This document shows positions 1 to 11,481 of a stretch of 64,000 bases of DNA, piece by piece. The position numbers were made by a program, and so were the translations under genes. The notes beneath the pieces are model-generated. The model was not told the DNA's origin, did no database searches, and saw nothing but the letters and a program-made list of their open reading frames with translations. Where the stretch lies: contig NC_043001.1 in NCBI RefSeq assembly GCF_006345805.1, forward strand, positions 10,540,001-10,604,000, read 5' to 3'. Position 1 is the first letter of the stretch; every line of letters starts with the position of its first letter. The stretch is from Octopus sinensis. Taxonomy: Eukaryota.

Positions 1-186
1 CTACCCTGGCACCTGTGCTGGTGGCACATAAAAAGTACCCACTACACTCTCAGTGGTTGGCATTAGGAAGGGCATCCAGCTGTAGAAACTCTGCCAGATC
101 AGATTGGGGCCTAATGCAGCCTCCTAGCTTCCCAAACTCCAGTCAAACCATCCAGCATGGGAAACAGACGTTAAACAATGATGATG
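1..186 (+). mobile_element. Family C: 3' end of an RTE-clade LINE (or SINE sharing it), (GAT)n tail
   Basis: GGTGGCACATAAAAAG...GGAAGGGCATCCAGCTGTAGAAAC...GACGTTAAACAATGATGATG. Confidence 0.8.
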
Positions 187-311
187 TAACCTGCTTTAAC
201 ATCGCTACACTACATCCCCAGGTGCCTATCGTAGAGTAGACACTGTTGCCAGTATTCAAGTCAGATCCTTAGTCTGAGAATGACTTACTTAAACTCCACT
301 GGTACTTGAGA

Positions 312-542
312 GGCGGCGAGCTGGCAGAAACGTTAGCACGCCGGGCGAAATGCTTAGCGGTATTTCGTCTGCCGCTACGTTCTGAGTTCAAATTCTGCCA
401 AGGTCGACTTTGCCTTTCATCCTTTCAGGGTCGATTAAATAAGTACCAGTTACACACTGGGGTCGATGTAATCGACTTAATCTGTTTGTCTGTCCTTGTT
501 TGTCCTCTCTGTGTTTAGCCCCTTGTGGGTAGTAAAGAAATA
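312..542 (+). mobile_element. Family A tRNA-derived SINE (central region resembles the Meta-SINE domain)
   Basis: GGCGAGCTGGCAGAA / GAGTTCAAATTC boxes, GCCTTTCATCCTTTC-GGGTCGAT core; TSD GGTA(C/T)TTGAGA at 301 and 543. Confidence 0.8.
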
Positions 543-2032
543 GGTATTTGAGACCCTAAAAAAGTCATGGACACTACACTTATTTTAAGTTCTGTGGACA
601 AAAAATATCCAAAAACTATCTACAAGTGGAAGTGAAGTTCACTTCAGTTCTACAAGCTACAGAAAGATTTTGATAATGGTTCAAATATTGGTATGGCAAA
701 TTGTTCCTACTTTGCAAGGTTTATTGTTGATCTGGTCAATCGGCTTTTTTGCGTATACACACACTCTTACTACTTGCCTTGTTTTGCTTTCTGGACAGCT
801 CATAAATTCTTTTGTATGTGTAAACATTTGTAGCAGAATTTCACAGAAATATGTCCACTTCCCCTCACACACCTGTGTCCTTTCCTCGTATTATACACGT
901 CGATTAACATATACATGTGTGAGTTATATCACGTAAAAAGCTTCCATTCACCTAGACATCCTTATCCCCACCACACCCCCACCTCCAATGCCATAATATG
1001 TGGTTAAGATTCGTTTACCTAAATTAGGGAAATTTGCATACTGATGGAGCATTTGTTTTTACAGCTAACCACTCACTGATTTATGAGCCAGACAGACTGA
1101 GGCAGGCAGAATTTAGTGTCTTGCCCAGAGGCACAGCACAATGACTGTTCTAGTAAGTTACCGTAATCAAACTCTTTAGCATCGTCACAGCCGTTGTGCC
1201 TGAATACGAGTATGTTACAAATTAGATTAGCTCTGCAGTTAGTTCTGGTCACCTCCCATTGCATACGGTCACTAATTGTTTTAACTGAGTTCCCGTTGTA
1301 CAATGTAAAGTATGAAGCAACTGCTAAGATTTAAATCTAAACGCTATCAGGCACTGTTAGTAAGTACCAATTTAAAGATGGAAAAGTGAAACACACCCAC
1401 TGACAGGATGAAGAGATGCAATTATACACATACCTGATATTGTGTATTTGGTTGAATCAGTCACCTAGCAAAGCAGTGGATGTATATTCCAACTTCTGTC
1501 CGTGGGTCTGTTGCTTTTCCATGTCTTAAATTCATACTTAACGATGTGTTACGTCTCACAATTTAACATAAGCTGAGAAAAATGCAAGAAATGGACTTTT
1601 CTTTCTCATATATATTTCTGTTTCTCTATTTTCCAAATTTTAATTCTTTCTATATTTTTCAAGTTCCCATAATCTCACAAAACATGTTCTTTCAGTGTAC
1701 CACTTATGTTATTCTCTTTTTATTTTTTTTCCTATTCACCATATGCATCCACATCACAAAACCACTTCAGTTTCTTTCAACCAACTAAAATTGCCACAAT
1801 TGTCTTGTCCTTTTCAACCTATTATCCACTCCACTCTCTTACCATTTTCTGTTCCCATGGAAACTCTCTTTCTTATATATATATATATATGCTTATTATT
1901 ATTTTTTTTTCTAATTAACTATTTTAGTTTCCCTATTAAGTGCTTTCAAATTTTCATTTTGTTGTATATTATCTTGGAAACAGGCAATCACTATTACACT
2001 CTGAACTTTAAACATTAATTATTATTATTATT

Positions 2033-2323
2033 ATCCGAGCGTGGCCGTCAGCCAGCCTCGTCTGGCACCTGTGTCGGTGGCACATAAAAAACACCATCCG
2101 AGCGTGGCCGTCTGCCAGCCTCGTCTGGCACCTGTGTCGGTGGCACATAAAATCACCCACTACACTCTCGGAGTGGTTGGCGTTAGGAAGGGCATCCAGC
2201 TGTAGAAACACTGCCAGATCTGACTGGCCTGGTGCAGCCTTCGGGCTTGCCAGACCCCAGTTGAACCGTCCAACCCATGCTAGCATGGAAAGCGGACGTT
2301 AAACGATGATGATGATGATGATG
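2033..2323 (+). mobile_element. Family C RTE 3' end with duplicated ~64-bp subrepeat
   Basis: Two tandem ATCCGAGCGTGGCCGT...GGTGGCACATAAAA units and a (GAT)n tail. Confidence 0.8.
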
Positions 2324-3286
2324 AATATTATTACTATGACAGTGGATTAGTAGAATTTGTATGGGGAAATACTTTGTGGTATTGAATTATGTCTCTTTCA
2401 TATTCTTAGTTCAACTCCACCTTCCACCCTTCTGGTGGTTGATAAATTAAGTGCTAATTATTGTTGTGTAGCCCCAGGTCAGCTATTATGAAGCAAACCT
2501 GTGACCAAAATGTTTGGTAACTATGACGATCCTGTCTTTTTCTTACTTACGTATGGCCTGTCTTATAACACATTATTTCAGTATGTTCGTTTTCATAAGA
2601 ATGTGGTTTTCGTGAAATTTAGTTGCTATTTCTAGCAGGTTCAGCGACTATGTAGAGACCCTGTCATCGGTTGATATTCTGACTAGTAATGCTTACCTCC
2701 GATGTATTGCAGCAGGTAAAACTCATTGGTTCGTTAAATACACTTTGTTAATGTAATTGACCTTTAACAAAGATTTCTGCTAATCTTAGAAATTAACCAG
2801 TCTTTTGTAAAGTCCCTTTCATCAGTTATCTCTATGGCAAATAAAGGGAATGATTATTATTGCTGTTGTTGTTGTTGTTATGATGGTGGCACTCTGGCAG
2901 AATCATTAGAGCAGCAGAAAATGCTTTGCTAGTTCCAGCTTCTTGAGTTCAAATCCCACCAAGTCTGACGTTGGTTTTCATCCTTCTAGAGTCAACACTA
3001 TAAAATGACAGTTAAGTCCTGGATTCAATGGTTTCCCTTAATCCCTAATCTAAAAGCTGTTGCCCTTCTTGTGCATAAATCAGAAACATTTAGGGTCGTA
3101 ATAAGCTGGTAGGTTTGTTACATGTAAAAAAAAAGGCCTTGTGCAATTTCATTTTTTTCTTTTCTTTTTGTTTGTTTTGTTTTCACTCCAAATTTTGGCA
3201 AGGACATCTTTACCCTTCAACTGTCTAAGGTCAATCAAGTAAGGTACCAGTCAAATACTAAGATTGATGGTATTGTCTAATACTAA

Positions 3287-3701
3287 GGCGATGAGCTGGC
3301 AGAAATGTTAGCATGCCGGGCGAAATGCTTAGCAGTATTTCGTCTGCCGCTACATTCTAAGTTCAAATTCCGCCGAGGTCGACTTTGCTTTTCATCCTTT
3401 CGGGGTCGATTAAATAAATACCAGTTACACACTGGGGTCGATATAATCGACTTAATCCAGTTGTCTGTCCTTATTTGTCCTCTCTGTGTTTAGCCTCTTG
3501 TGGGTAGTAAAGAAATAGGTATTTCGTCTGCCGCTACGTTCTGAGTTCAAATTCCACCGAGGTTGACTTTGCTTTTCATCCTTTCGGGGTTGATTAAATA
3601 AGTACCAGTTACACACTGGGGTCGATATAATCAACTTAATCCATTTGTCAGTCCTTGTTTGTCCTCTCTATATTTAGTCCCTTGTGGGTAGTAAAGAAAT
3701 A
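3287..3701 (+). mobile_element. Family A SINE, full copy plus tandem 5'-truncated copy
   Basis: Same sequence as the 312 copy; second unit starts at about 3520; 15-bp TSD GGTATTG(T/A)CTAATAC at 3269 and 3702. Confidence 0.8.
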
Positions 3702-4371
3702 GGTATTGACTAATACCTTTCCTCCCTAAAATTGAGCAGCCGACAAAATACCTGTCATTATTTAGTTACAGCTCTATATTTTCTAAGTTCTATCCATTCC
3801 ATGGTCAACTTTACTTTCCATCGTTTAGAGTTTGATAAACTAAAGTACCAATCAAGTACTGAGTTCCTTGTTTATCAACCAATCTTCTTCACTCCTCAAA
3901 ATGGCTTGCCTTACATTTAAATCGAAAACAATTTATTATGGGGAGCAGGCAGAATCATGACAGCATCAGAAAAAAATTCTTTGCAGTCCTTTTTCCCATT
4001 CTTTACATTCTGTGTTAAATCCCTCTTTTATTCTTCTAATGGTGTCAGTCGTAGGATTATGGCCATGCTGTAGCACTGCCTTAATCCCTTTTCTATCAGT
4101 TTTGTTGTCACTTTATGGCTGGAAGTTGGTAGCAGCAGATTTTTTCTGATTGTATCCTTGAATGGTTGGCTGGTCTGGTATTGTCATTAAGAGTTTATCC
4201 AGGTCAGCTTTGTCATTCATCCTTTAGGGGACATTAAAGGACCAGTCAAGCACTTGGGCCAATAGTACCAAGTATCACCATCCCCTCAAAATTATTATTA
4301 TTATTGTAAGGGAATATCATTCTAAAGTTTATATAAAAAAATAGCATTCAAGAAATAACAGAACTTTACCA

Positions 4372-4436
4372 GATGTGTAACGGTTAGAAGGTTGCCTTCC
4401 AAGCAGTCGATCCATGTTCGACTCCCAGCTGACACA
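4372..4436 (+). pseudogene. tRNA-Gly(TCC)-like remnant serving as head of a chimeric SINE
   Basis: TGTAACGGTTAG...TTGCCTTCCAAGCAGTCGATCCATGTTCGACTCCC resembles tRNA-Gly(TCC); acceptor stem broken; fused to the family B tail (4449-4594). Confidence 0.65.
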
Positions 4437-6103
4437 GTTCATTTTTCCCGTAACTTAGCAGTTCAGCAAAAGAGACCGATAGAATAAGTACTAGGCTTAC
4501 AATGAATAAGTCCTGGGGTCGATTTGCTCGATTAAAGGCGGTGCTCCAGCATGGCCACAGTCAAATGACTGAAACAAGTAAAAGAGTAAAGAGAGATGCT
4601 CTGTAGTGTCTGAATTCACTAAAAAGATACAATACCAGTAATATGTTCGGGTTGATTTGATTGCTGCTATTATGCAAATATTGGTTGTTTGTGTAGCCAA
4701 ATTCTCCCCCTTCTTTGGTTTTTATTCAGTAAGAACACTATCTTGTTATATGATCTGAAAATAGGATCAACTGAATGGCTTTACAGTTCCATAAATCCCA
4801 TGAAGCCGTTTATATATTTTAATGACTCAAAGTATTTAAGCTGGTTCAGATTAGAAATGCTTGAATGTTCTTCTTTTCAATCACTGCCTATTTCCAAGTA
4901 ACCTAGAGTTTATTTAGTTGATCAATCTGCTTGTCAATATTGTTCAGTCAATATCTAACTTTAGTCAACATTATTTCTCACTATCATTCTTTATTTCTTC
5001 CAGAAAATAAGAAAAGTCTTTTATTCATGTGCATGTGTCTCAAATTATTTGTTTTGAGTTAGTTGACGTATTTTTGTGTTATGTTGAATTGACTAATTAT
5101 ATATATATATATATATATTTTTTTTTTTTTATACAGCTTCTCTTTTTCTTAACCAAATGCTATCTACCAAGTTCTATAACATTAACTTTTCCAAAAAGTA
5201 TTTCATAAAAAAACTGAAGTTCTTATTTTAAGGACACAACCACTTTGTACTTGTTGAGAGAAAATGCTTTTAACAGCATCCATTGTAATTTCACATTCTT
5301 TTTTTTTTTAAACATTTAGTGTTTGTTTTAAGGTCAAAATCTCACTGATTCATGTAACTGAACGTATTAGAAATATAGACAATACACATTTTGAGAATCA
5401 ATCCTTAAGCTCTTACCATTTATTGTTTCTGTTTGTCAAAATGTTATCACAATAATTATATTTTTAATGGAAAAATTAATCACCCATATAATGGCATCTT
5501 ATATTTTTCACCTTAACAAACTGCTTAAATGTGGAGATTTTTTGTTTCTTACTTTTAATTTTTAGTAGAAAAATGGAACATATTATTAATTGTAAGTTTT
5601 CACCATCTTCAACTAAGCGCCACCAAATAAAGATGAGTTATTCTGTCTTTATTGTAGCTGCTGTGAAATTACCTTTAGATTCTTTGTACATATTTGCATT
5701 CTGACATATCTATTACAGTCTTCCAGTCTTGTAATTTTCAGAATAAAGTCTATTCTAATACGAGTTATTTTCTTAAAATGGAAAATTTCTTTTACCTGTT
5801 TTCCTTGCAAATTAATGATTCAATGATTTTTTTTGTTTTGTTTTTTGTCTTTTAGAAATGCTATAAAATAGTTGCTTTTAGTTAAGCTTTTCTCTTTATC
5901 TGAATAACTCCAATTAGAAATTTATTTAAACCCAATGAGTAATACATACATGTTCTAACGCAAAGAGAAAGAGTATAGAGCTAGAAATATATTTTGTATA
6001 ATTGAAAGAGTATTAAATATATTCTGTGATTACTATATGTTGAAATGCTCATAATTTTTTGAAATCATTATGTATTACCATTAAGAAATTGGTCTTTTCA
6101 CAG

Positions 6104-6264
6104 ACGGCAGCGATACAACAAGTCATACGAATACATTTGAGCTTTTTGGCTCAACGAAAGAAAGTCATCTTTATCCCATGTCTCCATCAGAGGATGCTCG
6201 AAGCTATGACACATATGATAAAAGTTTAGACGAATTTTCTGATGAATGCAGTAAAAACTATGAG
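6104..6264 (+). CDS. NPHS1: Internal coding exon (first visible) of nephrin-like gene, cytoplasmic tail: DGSDTTSHTNTFELFGSTKESHLYPMSPSEDARSYDTYDKSLDEFSDECSKNYE
   Basis: ttttcacag acceptor and GAG|gtatgt donor; 161 nt, open in phase 1 to phase 0, compatible with the next exon. Gene identity rests on the terminal exon motif. Confidence 0.85.
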
Positions 6265-7669
6265 GTATGTAGACAATTAAAATTAACATAAAATCTCTAA
6301 TGAAAATTTTAAGAGGAATTATTTTCTTCTCCGATTCTTTGTATCTTTTGCACTTCAAAATCTAATTCAGTGACCTGGTATTATTTATTCTGAACGCTTC
6401 TTCCTGGAATCAAATGGTTATTTAATTTTTACCTTCTACTCCGACATAAGCTAATTTTTGACATAATGACAAATGTTAAATTTAGGTCAATGGCCTTGTG
6501 GAATTCTTGTCAATGATCATGACAGATAAATAATGTTAGGTTAGTTATTCTGGGTGATAGATTGACAAATGTTAAAGTTTAGCCTCTTACATTGATGGAT
6601 GCTATATATTTTGTCTCTGTATCATCCGTAGACATTTGCTGTTAAATACATTTTAGCAAGGATTTTGTTTTTCTTTTTCTATTTCCTTAATCAATGCTCA
6701 AACCAATAAGTCATTCTAAAATACTCTTGGACAGCAGAATAAAATTATTTTTTTTATACATTTTTTTTTACCAAAACTCTGCTACTACATTTTGCTACAT
6801 ACCAAGATTATTTAGATTATCCAACTTTTAAGCTATTTCAGTTATGTTGTCAGAAGGCAAATCACTAAAGAAGTTAAAATCCTATTATTATATTCAAATT
6901 TTTTTTTTTTTTAATATTTTCTGGAGACAGCCATATAACTTCATTTATACTTATATGCATTAGAAATGATGGCATTTTACGTATGCATGGATGTGCTTTT
7001 TTCTTCACTTGAATGATTTTCTTTTCTATCACGTAATATGCAACCTTGTGAATTCCATTGTAGAACGTGCGTGTGTATGTAAAAGAAAATTTTTACTGGT
7101 TTTGAATTTTTTAAGTATGAGTAAATATGCTGAAATCTTCACTTTTCTATAGCAAAATTGTATCACAATGGGTCTATCTTTACTTGTAACCATTACTTGT
7201 ATATAGTAACAATAGATGTCATATATAGAAATAGGATGGTTGACATAAAGGTTTAAAAAAATATGGCAAAAAATATCTTGTTGTTTCCTTTTCTGATTCT
7301 CTTAGTGGCATTAAAATTTTAAAATCAATTCTTTGTGTGTATTTGTATGTGATGGTTATGAATAATATTAATTTAAAAACAGATTCCCATTTAAAATCAT
7401 TAAAGTGCTATGAAATAGTGTCCAGCTATTTTCTTTTGCTGATTTTGAAATCCATAAAAAATAAAATTACAATATAAAACTACACGAAAAATAACCCTTG
7501 AAACTTGGAAAGCTGTGACTTTCAGATATGCTGTCTGATTTTCTACACAAGAAGTGTTGCTGGAGACAGAAACTGAATAATCTTGATTTGTAATTCCACG
7601 ATTTAGAATTTGGCCATGTATAGAATACACTGTCTGACAAACATGGTTCATAATAACATTTATTGTTTT

Positions 7670-8249
7670 TACATTATTTACATTTGACAGATCTTTGTCC
7701 TCATCTTCTTTGTTGTTAACACAATGTTTCAGCTGATATGCCCTTGGGTATATGGCAAAGTGGTTAAGAGCACGGACTACTAACCCCAAGATTCCGAGTT
7801 CAATTCCAAGCAGTGACCTGAATAATCATCATCATCATCATCGTTTAACGTCTGCTTTCCATGCTAGCATGGGTTAGACGATTTGACTGAGGACTGGCAA
7901 ACCAGATGGCTGTGCCAAACTCCAATCTGATCTGGCAGAGTTTCGGCAGCTGGATGCCTTTCCTAACGCCAACCACTCTGAGAGTGTAGTGGATGCTTTT
8001 AAAGTGCCACCAGCATGAGGGCCAGTCTGGTAATACTACTACTACTAATAATAATGATATTAACATCGGAAAGTACCTTAGGATTGAGAACCCAGGTTTG
8101 AAATTTCCCCAAGACACCTGATAAAAGCTGGAGGACATAATCAGCCGAAACATTGTGTTAACAATAAACAAGATGAGGACAAATATCCGTCAAATGTAAT
8201 TAATATAAATAATGTACATAATTCCTCATCTCTTAAATATAGAACTGTA
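7670..8249 (+). mobile_element. Family D locus 1: tRNA-headed, hammerhead-tailed SINE-like element with inverted 5' partial copy; a family C fragment is nested inside (7826-8030)
   Basis: A-box TGGCAAAGTGG, B-box GAGTTCAATTCC, (ATA)n linker, degenerate hammerhead at 8113-8159; inverted arm 7670-7742; 14-bp near-direct flanking repeat ATTT(A/C)TTGTTTTTA at 7658 and 8249. Confidence 0.8.
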
Positions 8250-8324
8250 TTTCTTGTTTTTATTTAATTTTTTTTTTAAAGAAGCAAATTAGAATAATGT
8301 CCGTTTTAGTTTTTGCCATTTCAG

Positions 8325-8493
8325 GATGAAGATATGAAGCGGGTTTTTTTACCTCCTCATGATTATTCTGATAGACCATACACACCATGTAAACAAGATT
8401 CACCTCATGTAGAACCTAAAAGAATATATATGGACTCACCAAATCGGCAAATTGCATATTTAGATGATTCAGACACAAGATTACCAAATGAAG
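8325..8493 (+). CDS. NPHS1: Internal coding exon of nephrin-like gene: DEDMKRVFLPPHDYSDRPYTPCKQDSPHVEPKRIYMDSPNRQIAYLDDSDTRLPNE
   Basis: ttttgccatttcag acceptor and AAG|gtgagt donor; 169 nt, phase 0 to 1; matches ORF 8313..8501. Confidence 0.9.
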
Positions 8494-9203
8494 GTGAGTA
8501 AAAGTAGTCTTTATCTCTTTGAAATTTATCTTTTTTCGAGGCAGTTATCCAGTTCCATTGACTAAAGGATTATTTTTGATCAACAAAGAATTAATTTTAT
8601 TACCAAACACTATCTGTCTTTCTCAAAATGTGCAGATTTAAGACAGCTTATATTTTATTTAAGAATTTATCTAAGCAGTACTTTTATAAAACTTGAAGAT
8701 AACAGATGTTAAGCCAATAGACAATTCCCAATTTTGACCTGTAGAAATGAAATATTCAATATGAGTCTGTCGTTTGGTCTTATTGATCAAATGGCATAAT
8801 GACTACTCCTGGCATTCACTGAGATGGGAAAAGGAACAGATAGCCTTAGTTAAATGGCTGAAGATGTCTCAGGCAAATTGGACTTCATTGGAAAGGGAAC
8901 TTCCAGAGTAGATGAAGGCATTTGTGTTCTTTAACTTTCATTATCATATCTAATAAAATACATGTTTCTTAAATTAATTTTGAAAATAATTAAAATTTGT
9001 TGTCAGTTTAGTAAGATAACTAAATGTTTGTTAATCTGATGTAACAAATTTAACCAAAGGTTCTAAGATAAAATTATGATGGAAGACTATAATTTAAATT
9101 TTGAAAAATGGATAATTTTACATACTAGAACTAAAAACGATCTCAGGCTTTTTGGTACCAAAATGGTTAATTGATTGATTGATTATTATCAACATGAATT
9201 ATA

Positions 9204-9280
9204 AGTAAAGATTATTTGCCAACATAACATGGCAGTCTTGATTTAGGACTGCCGTGTTATGTTGGCAAATAATCTTTACT
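9204..9280. repeat. Near-perfect 35-bp-arm hairpin
   Basis: AGTAAAGATTATTTGCCAACATAACATGGCAGTCT / 7-nt loop / reverse complement with two G-U-compatible differences. Confidence 0.95.
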
Positions 9281-9518
9281 CCAAAGTACTGTTGCTGAAT
9301 ATCTCTCATTGTGAGAGTTACAAATAGTAATTTTTTAATGAATTATAAAGTAGAATAATCATTGGCTTGACACATCTTCAGTATTTTCAATATTAATGAT
9401 GTTTCTGAAGAAACAATCAAGATGATGTTTGTAGAGAATTATTCACTAAAATCCAAAAGTCTGCTCTTGATCTAGTTTGCTTCTTCCATTTTATAAAATT
9501 GTTTACGCTAGAAATTGT

Positions 9519-10039
9519 ACATTATTTACATTTGATGGATATTTGTCCTCATCTTATTTGTTGTTAACACAACGTTTCAGCTGATATACCCTCCAGCCTT
9601 CATCAGGTGTCTTGGAGAAATTTTGAACCTCGGTTCTCATTCCTAAAGTATTTTTTTTTTCGATATTATTATTATTATTATTCAGGTCACTGCCTGGAAT
9701 CAAACTCAGAATCTTGGGGTTAGTAGCCTACACTCTTAACCACTATGCGATATGCCCATATTATAATTCGTGTTGATAATAATCAATCATTTTATAATAA
9801 TTTTGCTACCAAAAAGCCTGAGATCATTTCTAGTTCTATTATGTAAAAACATCCATTTTATATTTAAATTATAGAATTCCATCATAAAAAAAAAACCTTA
9901 GGAATGAGAACCCAGGTTTAAAATTTCTCCAAGACACCTGATAAAAGCTGGAGGGTATATCAACTGAAACATTGAGGATAAATATTCGTCAAATGTAAAT
10001 AATGTACATAATTCCTCATCTCTTAAATATAGAACTGTA
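9519..10039. mobile_element. Family D locus 2: full minus-strand D copy joined head-to-head to a plus-strand pLTR-like arm
   Basis: Minus arm 9519-9759 and plus arm 9761-10039 ending gaactgta; flanking direct repeat GCTAGAAATTGT at 9507 and 10041. Confidence 0.8.
9566..9611 (-). ncRNA. Minimal type-I hammerhead ribozyme motif (intact core) in a family D element
   Basis: Minus strand reads GACAC CUGAUGA A GGCUG-GAGGGUAUAU-CAGCU GAA ACGU U/GUGUU: helix I 5 bp, conserved core, helix II 5 bp, palindromic ACGU helix III, GUU cleavage triplet. Confidence 0.75.
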
Positions 10040-10760
10040 TGCTAGAAATTGTTTCAAATTTCATTTACTACATATAGATTGAATATAATACTCATTAAAA
10101 TCTTAGTTTTGTTCAAACAGAAGTTTAAAACTTCTTTACTATTGGGCTATCAGATATTTTTATTTTTTTATATTTCACTTGGCATTCCATCATTATAGGT
10201 AATTATTCAGATTTCAAAAATGATGAATTAAAATTGTGGAAGAAGAATAGAGCTACAAGAGCATCCATAAAATAATCCAATAAAGAATTTTTTAGTGTTA
10301 ATTCAAACAGCATTGGAAAGGATTAAAATAAATGAGAGAAAAATGAACAAATTTCTCTAAAAAGCCAATATTTAGTAGCTTGGTTAATATGCAGTGACAT
10401 ATTCTACATTTTGAGAAATCATGATGTGTAATTTTCAGATTGAGAAATATATCATTGAGAAGTCTTAAAATCATGCCTGGATTTTTTTTTTCTCCCCCAT
10501 TGATATAATGCAATGTTTGACAGACAGAGCAGCAATATTGAAAAATTGCAAACAGGACACAATAAGGGTGTTCAATGTGACTGACTTAATGTAAAGGATA
10601 TTTAGAAATCAAATGAAATGTATATTTTTTTTTTAGCACTACAGCAGGAACTGTGGTTGGACATTAAGGGCTTTGTAAGCTGATCCCTGTCCAGAAGGGC
10701 AGTAGGGTTTGGTCCTTAATGAAGCAAATAGTTCCTCAAAAAAGTTTTAGGATAGTGTCA

Positions 10761-10898
10761 CATTATTTACATTTGACAGATATTTTTCCTCATCTTGTTT
10801 GTTCTTAATCCTCCAGCCTTCTTCAGGTGTCTTGGGGAAATTTCGAACCTGGGTTCTCATTCCTAAGGTATTTTCCGATGTTAGTATTATTATCCTTA

Positions 10899-10933
<35 letters not shown>

Positions 10934-11132
10934 CTCACTGCCTGGAATCGAACTCATGGGCATATGGCATAGTGGTCAAGAGAGTGGGATACTAACCCCA
11001 AGATTCTGAGTTTGATTCCAGCCAGTGATCTGAATAAAAAATAATAATAATAATAACAACAACAACAAAATCGAAAATACCTTAGGAATGAGAACCCAGG
11101 TTCAAAATTTCCCCAAGACACCTGAAGAAGTA

Positions 11133-11167
<35 letters not shown>

Positions 11168-11262
11168 CTCACTGCCTGGAATTGAACTCATGGGCATATG
11201 GCATAGTGGTCAAGAGAGTAAGATACTAATCCCAAGATTCCGAGTTCGATTCCAGCCAGTGA

Positions 11263-11301
<39 letters not shown>

Positions 11302-11481
11302 CAACAATAAAATCGAAAATACCTTAGGAATGAGAACCCAGGTTCGAAATTTCTCCAAGACACCTGATGATGGCTGGAGGGTATATCAGCTGAAACGTGA
11401 TAACAACAAACATGTTGAGAACAAATATCCGTTAAATGTAAATAATGTACATAATACCTCATCTCTTAAATATAGAACTGC
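10761..11481. mobile_element. Family D locus 3: inverted arm plus two tandem plus-strand copies (internal duplication of about 230 bp)
   Basis: ATGGGCATATGGCATAGTGG heads at about 10957 and 11189; flanking direct repeat AGTGTCACA at 10754 and 11482. Confidence 0.8.

Noticed and set aside
2639-2715. 77-nt AG...GT segment with an open frame ending in phase 1 (FSDYVETLSSVDILTSNAYLRCIAA), compatible with the 6104 exon
   Set aside because: It lies in sequence that looks like an interspersed repeat, the donor GTAAAA is weak, and the peptide does not resemble the rest of the tail. Not excluded without RNA-seq.
7746-7820. tRNA-like heads of families A, B, D, E, F as tRNA genes
   Set aside because: They have A/B boxes but no closed acceptor stem and run into SINE bodies; they are SINE promoters, not tRNAs.
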